The notes under the pieces were generated by a model. That model did no database searches and was not told the DNA's origin. It was given only the letters and a program-made list of their open reading frames with translations. A program made the position numbers and the translations under genes. DNA of 64,000 nucleotides from Phormidium sp. (GTDB lineage Bacteria; Cyanobacteriota; Cyanobacteriia; Cyanobacteriales; Aerosakkonemataceae), in contig CP143273.1 in NCBI GenBank assembly GCA_051013385.1, positions 224,001 to 288,000 of the forward strand. The letters are read 5' to 3'. Shown here in pieces: positions 30,935 through 42,260 of this stretch. Numbering within the stretch: the stretch's first letter is position 1; each line of letters starts with the position of its first letter.

Positions 30935-31177
30935 TAATTTAAACCATCATACCAAGCAAACATAAATCAGGGCGGGTTTTGTTGTGAGATTATCTGTAGG
31001 AAACAAAGATTATCTGCTAAACCCGCCCCTACAAGGAAACTGAAATTATCATTTTTAGTCCTCTTTAGAGGAGTTTCGCTATTAGCCTGGGGTTTGAACC
31101 CCAGGCGGGCTAACATCGCAAATGCAAAATCTCAATTTTCTCTTCTCTTCCCTTCGCGTTCTTCGCATCTTCGCGGT

Positions 31178-32218
31178 TCAATTTAAAACTGTATCTAACA
31201 ACAAATCAGCCCCAAAACGCACTACATCTGTACAAGGCAAACCTGTTTCTATCTTAACTTGCTCGATCGCCTTTCCAGCCCCTTCTTCATCCAAATGTGC
31301 GGTATTCAGCGCGATCGCACTTACCCTAACCTCAGCAAAAGCACCCGCACAAAAAGCCACACTTTCATACAATTTCACCACCTCCGACAAAGGCGGAATC
31401 ACAACATGGGGAAGGTTGCGAATGTGAGATTGTCCTGCCCGATGTACTAATATTAAATGTGTGGGTTGAGAACCGCGTAAAAGTGGTAAAGTTGCCGTTG
31501 AACCTGGATGTAAAAGCGAACCTTGTCCCTCTACAAACAGGATTTCATTTTCTTCGCCATGACGCATTACTAACTGTTCAACTGCACCAGCAGCGAAGTC
31601 AACTCGGATGGCATCTAAAGGAATTCCATCACCAGAAATCATAATTCCTGCTTGTCCAGTTCCCAGGAATTTTGATTTTAAACCTCGGTTTTGGGCGGCT
31701 TTATTTAATTCTAAACAAGTTGACATTTTGCCAACTGCCATATCAGTTCCAACTGCTAATATACGACGACAGATTAGCGATCGCGCCTTTGCACTCCCCA
31801 CACCTAAACCCGCAGGTTCTTGACGAATATCCCAAATCCATTGTTCGGGTTTTATTAACTTTTGAATTTCTGGATCTTTACTTAACAAAGTGTGTAATCC
31901 ATTCATCACCGATAAACCAGCAGCTACCCCTTGTCTAATTTCTTGCAACCAAGGTTCTGGTAAAATTCCCCCAGAAGGTGCAATCCCAATTGCTAATACA
32001 TCGGGATGGTAAGCAAGCGCCTCTTCTACTGATGCTACAATTGGTATATTGTGAGGAATTCCTGTTAGTTTGGGTAGAGATTCACCCGCCGATTCTTGGT
32101 CGATTACTGCTACAATTGGCGATCGACTATAGCGTAAAAGTGCTAATCCCGTTTTGCCGTGAATGCCTTTGATTCCTTCATGAAGTAGAATGGCTAATTT
32201 TTGGTTAGGTTGCAGCAT
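31178..32218 (-). CDS. DUF1611 family P-loop protein
   Basis: GKTGLALLRY, GTDMAVGKMST, EGQGSL. Confidence 0.9.
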   Translation of the reverse strand: MLQPNQKLAILLHEGIKGIHGKTGLALLRYSRSPIVAVIDQESAGESLPKLTGIPHNIPIVASVEEALAYHPDVLAIGIAPSGGILPEPWLQEIRQGVAAGLSVMNGLHTLLSKDPEIQKLIKPEQWIWDIRQEPAGLGVGSAKARSLICRRILAVGTDMAVGKMSTCLELNKAAQNRGLKSKFLGTGQAGIMISGDGIPLDAIRVDFAAGAVEQLVMRHGEENEILFVEGQGSLLHPGSTATLPLLRGSQPTHLILVHRAGQSHIRNLPHVVIPPLSEVVKLYESVAFCAGAFAEVRVSAIALNTAHLDEEGAGKAIEQVKIETGLPCTDVVRFGADLLLDTVLN

Positions 32219-32336
32219 AGTTAATCGCTTTTATAAGTGAATTAATTACTCTATCTTTATACCAAATCTGCATTGAACACCCTTAGTCCGCGTAGGCAGA
32301 CTTTGTTTGTGTAGACGCGGTTTGAACCGCCAATTC

Positions 32337-32792
32337 TTATTTTTTCAAAACACTCCCAGAACACCTAACATAAGAAAATTTCGCATCTTCGGGATTATCA
32401 AATGTTAATCCTTCACTGGCGTTAACGTTCCATTCTCCCTTCAAAGTGTTGCGGGTTAATTCGCGGATATCTACTACAGAACCTCCCATATTTGGGCCAT
32501 CACCGATGATAATAGAATTGGGGTTTTGCGGAGATGTTACATAGATTCCTTGATAGGAACTTTGCCAACGTCCATTTTTTTTTTGCATCCAAATGTATTG
32601 ACCTTTGCGGGTATAAATAAAACGACTTTGATTACACTGTCCCGGTTTACTCCATTCACCTATTAGCAAGTTTTGATTAATTTTTGTCATCGTTGCTAAG
32701 CTTCCTTGAGTGAAAGTGAAAAATAAGAAAAACAGATAAATAAAAAGAGTTTCCAGAGGTTGACGACGAGAATTAAATAAAGGTTGCTGCAT
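32337..32792 (-). CDS. Secreted hypothetical protein
   Basis: Signal-like N-terminus; LIGEW...C and YVRC. Confidence 0.6.
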   Translation of the reverse strand: MQQPLFNSRRQPLETLFIYLFFLFFTFTQGSLATMTKINQNLLIGEWSKPGQCNQSRFIYTRKGQYIWMQKKNGRWQSSYQGIYVTSPQNPNSIIIGDGPNMGGSVVDIRELTRNTLKGEWNVNASEGLTFDNPEDAKFSYVRCSGSVLKK

Positions 32793-32809
32793 AGTTTTTT
32801 GCCCCGTGG

Positions 32810-33865
32810 TTAAGAAATTTCTTTACCCTCTGTTATTATCCCCAATCCTGGTAAATCATTGGGTAACAAACGTCCTTCTTTAATTATTGCACCTTTGAAA
32901 GGATCGTCTAGTAAATTTAGGTGACTGTCTAAATCTAAATGATCTGCTAATGGCGCAAGGTGGGAAAGGGCGGTATTTGCTAGGGAACTATCAGAATAAC
33001 AGCCAAACATTACTTTTAATCCGCACGCTTTGGCTGTATTAATCATTCTCATCGCTTCAGTTAAACCGCCAGATTTCATCAATTTAATATTGATTCCATC
33101 AACTTTATCTGCTAAACTGGGAATGTCTTTACTGGTAAAACAACTTTCATCTACAAAGATGGGAAGCCGGGATTGTTGCTTTAGTTCTATTAAGGTTTTT
33201 TCTTCTCCTTTCTCTAAGGGTTGTTCTACATAAGTTACGCCATATTGAGCTAAGAAGTCACACATTTTTACCGCATCTTCTAAACTCCAACCGCCATTAG
33301 CATCGACGCTGAATTTTGCATTTGGTTCTTGTTGGTAAACGGCGGTGAACATGGCTTTATCTGCGGCGATTCCTTGAGGATTTCCCAGTTTGATTTTAAA
33401 TACTTTGGCATCGAGAAAGTTTACCCAGTCTCGCACTCTTTGTACCGCAGCTTCGGGGGTGTTGATGCCAACTGTGACGGAGGTGGGGACGATGTTATTA
33501 CAATCTAAACCCCACATTTTCCAGAGTGGTAAACCTGCCTTTTTTCCCATCCAATCATGTAACGCTACGTCTATTGCTGCACAAGCGGCGGAAGGTAATT
33601 TGGTTTCTCTGAAAACTTGTTCTATTTGTTGTCTTTCTGAAGGGTGAAATTGTTCTAATTTGGGGGCAATTTGTTGGAGTGTTTCTTGGAGAAAGGGGGT
33701 TTTTTGGGGGAAGTTGCCAATGGAAAATGGTGAAGCTTCTCCCCATCCGGTGATTCCTTCCTCTGCGATTTCTACCCAAATGTTTGTGGTTTGGGATGTT
33801 GTTCCTCTACTGATGGTTAAGGGGAAGCGTTTGTTTACGGTGAAGGTTTTGATTTGGATTTTCAT
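32810..33865 (-). CDS. Dipeptide epimerase (enolase superfamily)
   Basis: GWGEA, KIKLG, VDANGGW, EQP, DES, NIKLMKSGG, DLD. Confidence 0.92.
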   Translation of the reverse strand: MKIQIKTFTVNKRFPLTISRGTTSQTTNIWVEIAEEGITGWGEASPFSIGNFPQKTPFLQETLQQIAPKLEQFHPSERQQIEQVFRETKLPSAACAAIDVALHDWMGKKAGLPLWKMWGLDCNNIVPTSVTVGINTPEAAVQRVRDWVNFLDAKVFKIKLGNPQGIAADKAMFTAVYQQEPNAKFSVDANGGWSLEDAVKMCDFLAQYGVTYVEQPLEKGEEKTLIELKQQSRLPIFVDESCFTSKDIPSLADKVDGINIKLMKSGGLTEAMRMINTAKACGLKVMFGCYSDSSLANTALSHLAPLADHLDLDSHLNLLDDPFKGAIIKEGRLLPNDLPGLGIITEGKEIS

Positions 33866-33974
33866 GCGTTGATTGGGTTGGATTTTTGAAACGCAGATGA
33901 ATGCGGATGAACGCGGATGAACGCAGATGTTTTTGTTAGTTTTGGGTGGGGATGCTGAGGTTTTTTATTTGGAA

Positions 33975-34799
33975 TTAAGAAGGGTTGTTTCCTAGTTCCC
34001 AGTCGTTTGTTACTTTTCCCCATTCTTGTAAATCTTGCAATCCTGAACCGTAAGTTAAGTCGTATTGTAAAGGGGTGATGGTGATATAATTTTTGCGGAT
34101 TGCTTCTACATCTGTGAGAATTTCTGGGGGTAAAAAAGGATGGGTTTGAGGTTCTATTTCTTCCTGTACTTCTCCGGTTAACCAATAGTAGGTTTTGCCA
34201 CGAGGATCGAGGCGTTTTTCAAATACATCAATGTAGCGACGTATTCCTTGGCGAGTGATTGCTACTCCTGCTATTTCTTCCCATTCTACAGGCGGTACGT
34301 TCACATTTAACAACATTAATTGTGGTAAGGGTTTTTTGGCTAAACGATCTAATAAAAGTTTGGCAAAATTCGCTGTAGGTTGAAAGTCTCGGTGGGTAAA
34401 ACTGGTGAGACTAAAAGCTATTCCGGGTATTCCTTCAATTACTCCTTCCATTGCAGCGGAAACTGTACCTGAATATAAAATATCTGTGCCTAAATTTGCA
34501 CCGTGATTGATGCCGGAAAGCACAAAGTCGGGAGGACTATCTAATAACGCCCAGATGCCTAATTTTACACAATCGGAAGGAGTTCCCGAACTTGCCCAAG
34601 CTTTTACCGAGGGATGAAAAACTGATTCTACCACTTCGGCGCGAATCGGATCGTGCAAGGTTAAACCATGTCCGGTTGCCGATCGCTCGCGGTCAGGACA
34701 TACTACACTAACATCATGGCCTGCCTCTGCCAAAGTATTGGCTAAGGTGCGGATGCCAAGTGCGAAAATACCGTCATCGTTACTGATTAAGAGTTTCAT
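33975..34799 (-). CDS. surE: 5'/3'-nucleotidase SurE
   Basis: [28 protein letters not shown]. Confidence 0.96.
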   Translation of the reverse strand: MKLLISNDDGIFALGIRTLANTLAEAGHDVSVVCPDRERSATGHGLTLHDPIRAEVVESVFHPSVKAWASSGTPSDCVKLGIWALLDSPPDFVLSGINHGANLGTDILYSGTVSAAMEGVIEGIPGIAFSLTSFTHRDFQPTANFAKLLLDRLAKKPLPQLMLLNVNVPPVEWEEIAGVAITRQGIRRYIDVFEKRLDPRGKTYYWLTGEVQEEIEPQTHPFLPPEILTDVEAIRKNYITITPLQYDLTYGSGLQDLQEWGKVTNDWELGNNPS

Positions 34800-34851
34800 A
34801 TTCTGATTTTCAGAGATTATGAGCCTCGGATCAACCGCAGTTCTAAGAAAA

Positions 34852-35001
34852 TAGGACTTACGCACTGAACCCTAAAACCTAGATCCCCCCTAACCCCCCT
34901 TACCAAGGGGGGAATCTGTAAAGCCCCCTTGGTAAGGGGGTTGGGGGATCTGTAAAGCCCCCTTGGTAAGGGGGTTGGGGGATCTGAGTGCGTAAGTTCT
35001 A
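34852..35001. mobile_element. MITE, TAGGACTTACGCA ends, carrying CCCCCTT..AAGGGGG repeats
   Basis: TIR TAGGACTTACGCAC/GTGCGTAAGTTCTA; internal tandem palindromes. Confidence 0.75.
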
Positions 35002-35085
35002 AAAAAAGAGCGAAAATCTCTTAAACTGGTAGCGATAGGCTGTGTTTACCCACACCTTTCCCCTTCTGTTTGACAATAGATTAGC

Positions 35086-36090
35086 ATGACGAATCAGCCG
35101 AATGAATTAGAGGCAAAACTAACAGCGTTAAAAGTTGACGCGCAAAAAGCGATCGCCGCTGTTAATACTTTACCCCAACTCGAAGAATTGCGAGTTGCCT
35201 ATTTAGGTAAAAAAGGTCAACTTTCCCAAATTTTAGGCGGTTTGGGTAAACTTTCCCCAGAAGAACGTCCGAAAATTGGCGCATTAGCGAACGAAGTTAA
35301 AGAAGCTTTGCAAACTGCTTTAGAAAGTCAGAAATCATCTTTACAAGCAGCTGAAATTCAAGCGCGACTGGAAGCAGAAACTATTGATGTAACAATGCCT
35401 GCGGTTTTCCGTCCCCAAGGTCGAGTGCATCCGATTAATAGTACTATTGATAGGGCGATCGATATTTTCGTCGGTATGGGCTACACTGTAGAAACTGGCC
35501 CTGAAATGGAAACCGATTACTATAATTTTGAAGCATTAAATTTCCTCCCAGATCACCCCGCCCGTGATATGCAGGATACTCTCTATTTACCTGATGGAAA
35601 TTTGTTGCGAACTCACACTTCTAACATTCAAATTCATTATATGGAAGAGAATGATCCACCAATCAGAGTAATCGCGCCTGGGCGTTGTTATCGGCGGGAT
35701 ACTGTTGACGCTACCCACACCGCAGTTTTCCACCAAATTGAGTTTTTTGCAGTTGATGAAAACTTAACTTTCACTGATTTGAAAGGTACAATCAAAGAGT
35801 TTTTGCATCAAATGTTTGGCGAAGAAATGGAAATTCGTTTCCGCGCCAGTTATTTCCCTTTTACTGAACCTTCCGCCGAAGTTGATATGCGATGGAAAGG
35901 TAAATGGTTGGAAATTATGGGTTGTGGAATGATCGATCCGAATGTGATCAAATCTGTCGGTTACGATCCTGAAACTTACACAGGTTTTGCCGCAGGTTTT
36001 GGTGTAGAAAGAGTCGCTTTACTGTTGCACCAACTTGATGATATTCGCCGTTTATATAGTAGCGATTTGCGCTTTTTGCGGCAGTTTTAA
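35086..36090 (+). CDS. pheS: Phenylalanine--tRNA ligase alpha subunit
   Basis: [35 protein letters not shown]. Confidence 0.98.
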   Translation: MTNQPNELEAKLTALKVDAQKAIAAVNTLPQLEELRVAYLGKKGQLSQILGGLGKLSPEERPKIGALANEVKEALQTALESQKSSLQAAEIQARLEAETIDVTMPAVFRPQGRVHPINSTIDRAIDIFVGMGYTVETGPEMETDYYNFEALNFLPDHPARDMQDTLYLPDGNLLRTHTSNIQIHYMEENDPPIRVIAPGRCYRRDTVDATHTAVFHQIEFFAVDENLTFTDLKGTIKEFLHQMFGEEMEIRFRASYFPFTEPSAEVDMRWKGKWLEIMGCGMIDPNVIKSVGYDPETYTGFAAGFGVERVALLLHQLDDIRRLYSSDLRFLRQF

Positions 36091-36108
36091 AAAGTTACTA
36101 CCTTAAGT

Positions 36109-36440
36109 AAGGGCGGGTTTTGTTGTGAGGTTATTTGTGGGAAACCAAAATTATTTGCTAAACCCGCCCCTACAAGTAGACTGAAATCATATACCATCGG
36201 TTGTGCAAAAACTATCTATAAAATATCTGTGTTCATCTGTGTTCATCTGTGTTTCATCTGTGGTAAAAAATTAGATATGATTCCCAGCGCAAGACTTATA
36301 TGATATGAAATCTAGGATTTTTTTAACCACAGATATCCACAGATAAACACAGATGAACACAGATGTAGATATAGATTGTTGGCTGGGATGGAAAAGTCCG
36401 CGCAGGCGGACTTCGTTTGTATAGCCGCGACTTTAGTCGT
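36109..36440. repeat. Composite repeat cluster (REP hairpins and CACAGAT repeats in both orientations)
   Basis: Elements at 36109-36173, 36224-36264, 36325-36365 and 36395-36440. Confidence 0.8.
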
Positions 36441-37870
36441 TAGGCTTTCCGACAATTATCACAATGTCCACATTTCATCTTTTCCGCTTCTTGGGAAAAG
36501 CCAAAAGCGGTTAACAGAAATTGCCAGCGACATTGGCGCGTTTGCAAATATTTCTCCATCTGTTTCGCTGCGTCGAATTGATGAGAACTTTGGCTTTTTT
36601 CCCCTGCTTTAATGCTATAATTAAAAGGGTCAAGCCATGATAATTGATTCATACTGTGTAACAAAGATAAAGCTATTGGTGCTTCGGGAAATTTGCGGGA
36701 AATATCATTAATATTGCCTTGTTTGGGTAGTTTGTTTAATAGTTGTTGGGCTTCTCTTTGTTGCGATCGCATTTTCCCCTCAAAAAACTCCCGTCTTTGC
36801 TTATCCCCATTATCTAAAAATCCCGTCGGTTCACTCATTAATAATAACGCTTGGGAAACTTTCCCATCTCTCCCCGCCCGTCCGATTTCTTGCACATATT
36901 CCGAGAGTAATAATGGTGGTTGAAAATGGATTACCCACCTGACATACGGTTTATTTATCCCCATTCCAAAGGCGGAAGTACAAATGACAAAAGGTACGTT
37001 TCCCGAAATCCAATCTCTTTCAATTTCTCGGCGTTCTTGGGGATGTAAACCTGCGTGATAAGCTGCGGTTGTGCAACCTTTTTTTCCCAACCATTCAGCA
37101 AGTTCTTCGCTATCTTTACGAGTTCGCACATATACTAAACCCGCTTGTTTTGGTCTAGCTTGAATAAATTTTAGCAGTCTATGTTTCCGTCCGCAAGGTG
37201 TCCAAGCAATTTGAACTTTTAAGTTTAGATTATCACGATAAGGGTTGAGACGGAAAATTTCTGGTTGTTGTAATTGTAATACGTTTTGAATAGTTTTTTG
37301 GGCGGAAGGATCGGCCGTTGCGGTGAAAGCTGCGATCGCCATTTTACTCCCCGCTGGTTTATCCTTAAGTAAAGCATCTCTTACCGTTCCCAACCGTCGA
37401 TAAGCTGGGCGAAAAGTATCACCCCATTGCACCAAACAATGTGCTTCATCTAATATCAACCCATTAATTTTTAACTGTGGTTGCGCTAACCGTTCCCAAA
37501 CAGGTTTACTCAGCAAAGTTTCAGGAGAAACATACAATAACCTTAACCTTTGTTGTTCTAAAGCTGCTAAAATCCGCTTGCGTTCTCCAGTGGATAACTC
37601 ACTATGTAAAAGTGCTGCGGGTAACTTCCGCTGACGCAACTCCTGCACCTGATTTTCCATCAAAGCTACCAAAGGCGAAACCACTAAAGTTAACCCAGTT
37701 TGTAGCAAAGCGGGAAGCTGAAAACAAATCGATTTTCCCCCACCAGTGGGCATAATAATCATTGCATCTTTCCGTTCCAATAAGCAACGAATCACCTCCC
37801 CTTGTGGCGGACGAAAATCATCATAACCCCAAATCTTTTGGAAAGTTTCCCTAACCTTTTCCCAAGACAT
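36440..37870 (-). CDS. recQ: ATP-dependent DNA helicase RecQ (short form)
   Basis: MPTGGGKS, DEAHC, TATA, QEIGRAGRDG, CGHCDNC; start could be 37897. Confidence 0.93.
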   Translation of the reverse strand: MSWEKVRETFQKIWGYDDFRPPQGEVIRCLLERKDAMIIMPTGGGKSICFQLPALLQTGLTLVVSPLVALMENQVQELRQRKLPAALLHSELSTGERKRILAALEQQRLRLLYVSPETLLSKPVWERLAQPQLKINGLILDEAHCLVQWGDTFRPAYRRLGTVRDALLKDKPAGSKMAIAAFTATADPSAQKTIQNVLQLQQPEIFRLNPYRDNLNLKVQIAWTPCGRKHRLLKFIQARPKQAGLVYVRTRKDSEELAEWLGKKGCTTAAYHAGLHPQERREIERDWISGNVPFVICTSAFGMGINKPYVRWVIHFQPPLLLSEYVQEIGRAGRDGKVSQALLLMSEPTGFLDNGDKQRREFFEGKMRSQQREAQQLLNKLPKQGNINDISRKFPEAPIALSLLHSMNQLSWLDPFNYSIKAGEKSQSSHQFDAAKQMEKYLQTRQCRWQFLLTAFGFSQEAEKMKCGHCDNCRKA

Positions 37871-37976
37871 AGAATCAGAAAAATCATCTGCGTTCATCTG
37901 CGTTCATCTGCATTCATCTGCGTTCTAAAAATAATATATAATGAAACTTACCATTCCCACTTTTTCTTAAGCAAAA

Positions 37977-38420
37977 ATGAATGAAAATTTAAAAACCCGA
38001 TTTTCCATCAGCACAGACAAAGAGAAATTGAACCTAGAAACAATTCACAAGTTCCTAAACAGCACCTATTGGGCGGAAAATATACCTTTATCAGTTGTGC
38101 AAAAATGTATTGACAACTCTTTTTGTTTTGGAGTTTATGAAGGTGATAAACAAGTAGGATTTGGTAGATTAATTACAGATTATGCGACTTTTGCTTATTT
38201 TTCTGATGTGTTTATTTTAGAAGAATATCGCGGTTTAGGTTTGGGTAAATGGTTAGTTGAAACAATGTTACAGCATTCCGAAGTGCAAGGTTTACGCCGA
38301 TGGTTGTTAGTGACGAAAGATGCACAGGAACTTTATCGACAATTTGGGTTTCAAGAGGTGAAAAGTTCTGATTCCTTTGCGTTTATGGAAATTTTTCGAG
38401 GGGATGTTTATCAGCGGTGA
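37977..38420 (+). CDS. GNAT family N-acetyltransferase
   Basis: YRGLGLGKWL, LYRQFGF. Confidence 0.92.
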   Translation: MNENLKTRFSISTDKEKLNLETIHKFLNSTYWAENIPLSVVQKCIDNSFCFGVYEGDKQVGFGRLITDYATFAYFSDVFILEEYRGLGLGKWLVETMLQHSEVQGLRRWLLVTKDAQELYRQFGFQEVKSSDSFAFMEIFRGDVYQR

Positions 38421-38433
38421 ATTAATAGCAAAA

Positions 38434-38727
38434 TTACTTTAATTGAATGTTATCATACCAAGTATTGTCACCTCTCCACCGAGCGAAAACATCACGATTT
38501 TTGCCTTCAATATCAGTTTTAAACCTTACTTCTAATTCCTCTATTTCAGATTTCGACTCCTTGATTCGTTTTTCAACTATATAGTCTAACTTGTCTGCCA
38601 AGGGAGCTAATTTTTCGTTGAACAAGCGATCGATCTCTCGCCCACTTGATTTAATAAAATCCTGTGAAACATCCCTAGCGGCACGTTCAAAATTTTTAAC
38701 CAAACCTCCAAAGATCCATCCCAGCAT
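38434..38727 (-). CDS. Hypothetical coiled-coil protein, possibly truncated
   Basis: 97 aa ORF with upstream RBS. Confidence 0.45.
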   Translation of the reverse strand: MLGWIFGGLVKNFERAARDVSQDFIKSSGREIDRLFNEKLAPLADKLDYIVEKRIKESKSEIEELEVRFKTDIEGKNRDVFARWRGDNTWYDNIQLK

Positions 38728-38968
38728 TTTGCCTAATCCTTGTAAGCTTATAATTAAAAATTTTACCTAGTAACTAGTCAATTAAAGAAGTAGCTAATTG
38801 TTAAAATATTCTGATGATTTTCTAGCCGCGTTAGCAGATTTCTGTTAACGCGACTAAATACATTGTTTCTAACATAAATAAAAAATAAGTTAAACTTCCG
38901 AAACTTAAATATCTCGGAAGTTATTATTTTAATTATTGCAATTAGTCAATTAGACCATAGAAGGGCGA

Positions 38969-39235
38969 TCAAACTGAACTAACAAAAGTTACAGCCCGCA
39001 GTTCTTCTTGAAAAATCCGGCGTACTGTATCTTCATCTAAGGGGAGTTTGGCTTGATCAAGATATTGTCGTAACGCTTGATTGATCATTGTTTGATAACC
39101 TTTCCCTTCAGCGTCTCCTTTTTGTCTAAACGCTTCCAGAATATCATTATCAATATAAATGGTAATGCGAGTTTTACCTTCTTGTGGGATGATTGCACCC
39201 CGTTTAGCCTGATCAAAATCATATTCCGGTTTCAT
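38969..39235 (-). CDS. BrnA family antitoxin
   Basis: MKPEYDF...RITIYIDNDIL...GYQTMINQALR. Confidence 0.9.
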   Translation of the reverse strand: MKPEYDFDQAKRGAIIPQEGKTRITIYIDNDILEAFRQKGDAEGKGYQTMINQALRQYLDQAKLPLDEDTVRRIFQEELRAVTFVSSV

Positions 39236-39491
39236 ATTCACGTCTCTCCTTAGAAGTAGCAGGACGGGCAGAAATTAAGCGAATGTTATCACCTCGATAG
39301 GTATAGACTACCACTAGCAACCGCCAAAGGTGATCCATCCCCATAACAATAAATCGCTGTTCACCTTTTGCCGATCGATCTTCAAAAGAAAGTGCATAAG
39401 GATCGAACAACACAGCCTCAGCATCAGAAAAACTTACTCCGTGTTTTTGTAAATTGCTTTTAGCTTTTTCAGGATTCCATTCAACTGGCAT
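39219..39491 (-). CDS. BrnT family toxin
   Basis: EWNPEKAKSNLQKHGVSF...IRLISARPAT. Confidence 0.92.
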   Translation of the reverse strand: MPVEWNPEKAKSNLQKHGVSFSDAEAVLFDPYALSFEDRSAKGEQRFIVMGMDHLWRLLVVVYTYRGDNIRLISARPATSKERREYETGI

Positions 39492-39811
39492 ACATATATT
39501 ATATGTATGTGTGAGAATTATGTCTAAATTTATTTAGGGTTTGCTGAATAATTTATCTGTGAGAGGTAGGAGTTCTAGATCGATCGCACCACTAAAACAT
39601 AATTCAAAACCCTGCATTCACCCAACAAAAAAGTTAAATCTACCATCTGCGTTCATCCGCTTTCATCTGCGTACTAAAAAAAGAACTCAGGCAAAAACCG
39701 ATAACTTACATCTACCATCTGTGTTCATCTGTGTTCATCTGTGGACATCTGTGGTAAAAAAAAGCACGAAAGGAAACCTCCCTCCGTGCCCAAAAATTAA
39801 CCTTTCAAAAC

Positions 39812-41431
39812 CTAAACAGAAGCAGCAGCAGAAGTATTTCCCTCAGCTTTACCAGCTTCCTCCTGCTTTTTCAACGCCGCATAAAGACGATTCAAAGCAT
39901 TAACATAAGCTTGAGCAGAAGCGACAATAATATCAGTATTTGCCGAATGACCAGAGAAAATCCGATCGCCATACTTCAACCGAATAGTAACTTCCCCGAT
40001 CGCATCAATACCCGCAGTCACCGACTGAACAGAAAACTCAATTAACTGATTCGGAACATTTACCACCCGATTAATTGCCTTATAAACCGCATCAACAGGG
40101 CCAGTACCGATCGCCGCATCAGTCAACTCTTCCCCTTCAGGAGTTCGCAAAGTTACTGTTGCCGTTGGACAAGCATTACTACCACAAGAAACCTGTACTA
40201 ATTCTACTCGGAAAAGCTCAGGTGCTTGTTGAATTTCATCATTAACAATTGCTTCCAAATCCCAATCAGAAATCTCTTTCTTCTTGTCAGCAACTTCCTT
40301 AAACTTGATGAAAGCTTTGTTTAAATCACCTTCCAAAAGTTCAAAACCCAACTCTTTCAACCGTGCCCCAAAAGCATGACGACCGGAATGTTTACCCAAC
40401 ACAATTTGATTGTTATTTAAACCAATCAATTGGGCATCCATAATTTCGTAGGTGAGTTTATTTTTCAACACCCCATCTTGGTGAATGCCAGATTCATGGG
40501 CAAAAGCATTCGCCCCTACGATCGCTTTATTCGGTTGCACCAACATCCCAGTTAAATTAGAAACTAACCGCGATGTTTTGTAAATTTGCTGAGTGTCAAT
40601 ATTAGTTAATGATTCTTCCGAATCAACTGGACGACCCAAGTAAGGATTGTAATATTGTCTCCTGACATGAAGCGCCATAACTAACTCTTCTAAAGCAGCA
40701 TTTCCCGCCCGTTCACCAATACCATTAATAGTGCATTCTAATTGTCTGGCACCATTTTTTACTGCTTCCAAAAAGTTAGCAACTGCTAACCCTAAATCAT
40801 TGTGTCCGTGAACGGAAATAATCGCTCGATCGATGTTGGGAACGTTTTCTTTTATCCCCTTAATTATCGCCCCAAATTCAGCGGGTGTAGTGTACCCAAC
40901 GGTGTCAGGAATGTTAACTGTAGTTGCGCCAGCTGCGATCGCCGCCTCCAACACCTGATACAAAAATTCGGGATCGCTTCGTCCTGCATCTTCCGGGGAG
41001 AATTCCACATCATCCACAAAGGATTTAGCATAAGCAACCATTTCTTCAGCAATCGCTAAAACTTCCGATCGCGTTTTTTTCAACTTATATTGCAAGTGAA
41101 TATCGGAAGTAGCAATAAAGGTGTGAATTCGCGGTTTAGCAGCAGGTTTTAAAGCTTCCGCAGCGGTTTGAATATCCTTTTTCACCGCCCTAGCTAAACT
41201 ACAAATAGTCGGCCCATCTGGAGTTCCTACAGTTTGGGCAATTCGATTTACCGCCTCAAAATCTCCCGGACTCGCTACCGCAAATCCCGCTTCAATAATA
41301 TCGACTCCCAAACGTGCTAATTGTTTAGCAATCAACAATTTTTCATCTACGTTTAAAGTCGCGCCAGGGCACTGTTCGCCATCGCGCAAAGTGGTATCGA
41401 AGATAATAATCCGATCGGGTTTTGGGTTCAT
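39812..41431 (-). CDS. leuA: 2-isopropylmalate synthase
   Basis: [31 protein letters not shown], regulatory domain GTGPVDA. Confidence 0.97.
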   Translation of the reverse strand: MNPKPDRIIIFDTTLRDGEQCPGATLNVDEKLLIAKQLARLGVDIIEAGFAVASPGDFEAVNRIAQTVGTPDGPTICSLARAVKKDIQTAAEALKPAAKPRIHTFIATSDIHLQYKLKKTRSEVLAIAEEMVAYAKSFVDDVEFSPEDAGRSDPEFLYQVLEAAIAAGATTVNIPDTVGYTTPAEFGAIIKGIKENVPNIDRAIISVHGHNDLGLAVANFLEAVKNGARQLECTINGIGERAGNAALEELVMALHVRRQYYNPYLGRPVDSEESLTNIDTQQIYKTSRLVSNLTGMLVQPNKAIVGANAFAHESGIHQDGVLKNKLTYEIMDAQLIGLNNNQIVLGKHSGRHAFGARLKELGFELLEGDLNKAFIKFKEVADKKKEISDWDLEAIVNDEIQQAPELFRVELVQVSCGSNACPTATVTLRTPEGEELTDAAIGTGPVDAVYKAINRVVNVPNQLIEFSVQSVTAGIDAIGEVTIRLKYGDRIFSGHSANTDIIVASAQAYVNALNRLYAALKKQEEAGKAEGNTSAAASV

Positions 41432-41487
41432 TTTTTCAGCCTCCTATAACTGAAAATCATTGAAACTTAAAACTTTTTCCTCACTTA

Positions 41488-41611
41488 AGCTGTTACGCAT
41501 TTAAATCACTTATTAACGAGTAGGGTGCGTCAGAGGGTAAAGCCTTATATAGAAAGGAAAATATCTAAATCTGACGCACCCTACCATAAGACTTTTAAAT
41601 GCGTAACAGCT
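41488..41611. mobile_element. MITE with 18-bp TIR carrying a GTAG REP hairpin
   Basis: AGCTGTTACGCATTTAAA/TTTAAATGCGTAACAGCT; internal GTAGGGTGCGTCAGA...TCTGACGCACCCTAC. Confidence 0.8.
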
Positions 41612-41741
41612 GATCATTTGGGAATAAGTAATAGGTAACTGACTTTTGGCAAGCAACTACCATCCACCAATTACCTATTACTTTTTTAACCATTCATTCT
41701 TGACCTAGAGGTAACATCTATTACTAATTAGCGTGCCAACA

Positions 41742-42260
41742 TTAATAATCGATTTTCTCAATGTGTGCGCGAATATCATTTAGGTCGATGTATCTATCTG
41801 TGGCATTACGTAATTCTCTAGCAATCATTCCTTCAGTAGAAACTACTGTGATATGAGTATTTTTTGAGCGGAGAAGTTCGATCGCACGTTCAAAATCTCC
41901 ATCTCCACTAAATAAAACCACTTGATCGTATTGATCGACGGTATTGAACATATCAACAACGATTTCTATATCTAAATTAGCCTTTTGTGAATATCTACCA
42001 GAACTATCGTCGTAATACTCTTTAAGAATCTTAGTCCGAACTGTGTAACCTAAACTGATTAACGCATCCCTGAATCCTCTTTGATCTTGCGGATCTTTTA
42101 ATCCTGTATACCAAAAAGCATTGATTAGATTTATATCTGGATCGTTAGTGAAATACTGCAAAACGCGACGGGGATCGAAAAACCAACCATTTTTTTGTTG
42201 GGCGTAGAACATATTGTTCCCGTCTACAAAAATAGAAAGACGGTTCTTGGAATTAGCCAT
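41742..42260 (-). CDS. NYN domain protein (LabA family)
   Basis: FVDGNN, KANLDIEI, FSGDGDF. Confidence 0.92.
   Translation of the reverse strand: MANSKNRLSIFVDGNNMFYAQQKNGWFFDPRRVLQYFTNDPDINLINAFWYTGLKDPQDQRGFRDALISLGYTVRTKILKEYYDDSSGRYSQKANLDIEIVVDMFNTVDQYDQVVLFSGDGDFERAIELLRSKNTHITVVSTEGMIARELRNATDRYIDLNDIRAHIEKIDY

Noticed and set aside
37871..37897. MNADDFSDS extension of RecQ
   Set aside because: The ATG comes from the ATGAACGCAG repeat; the true start is uncertain and 37870 is preferred
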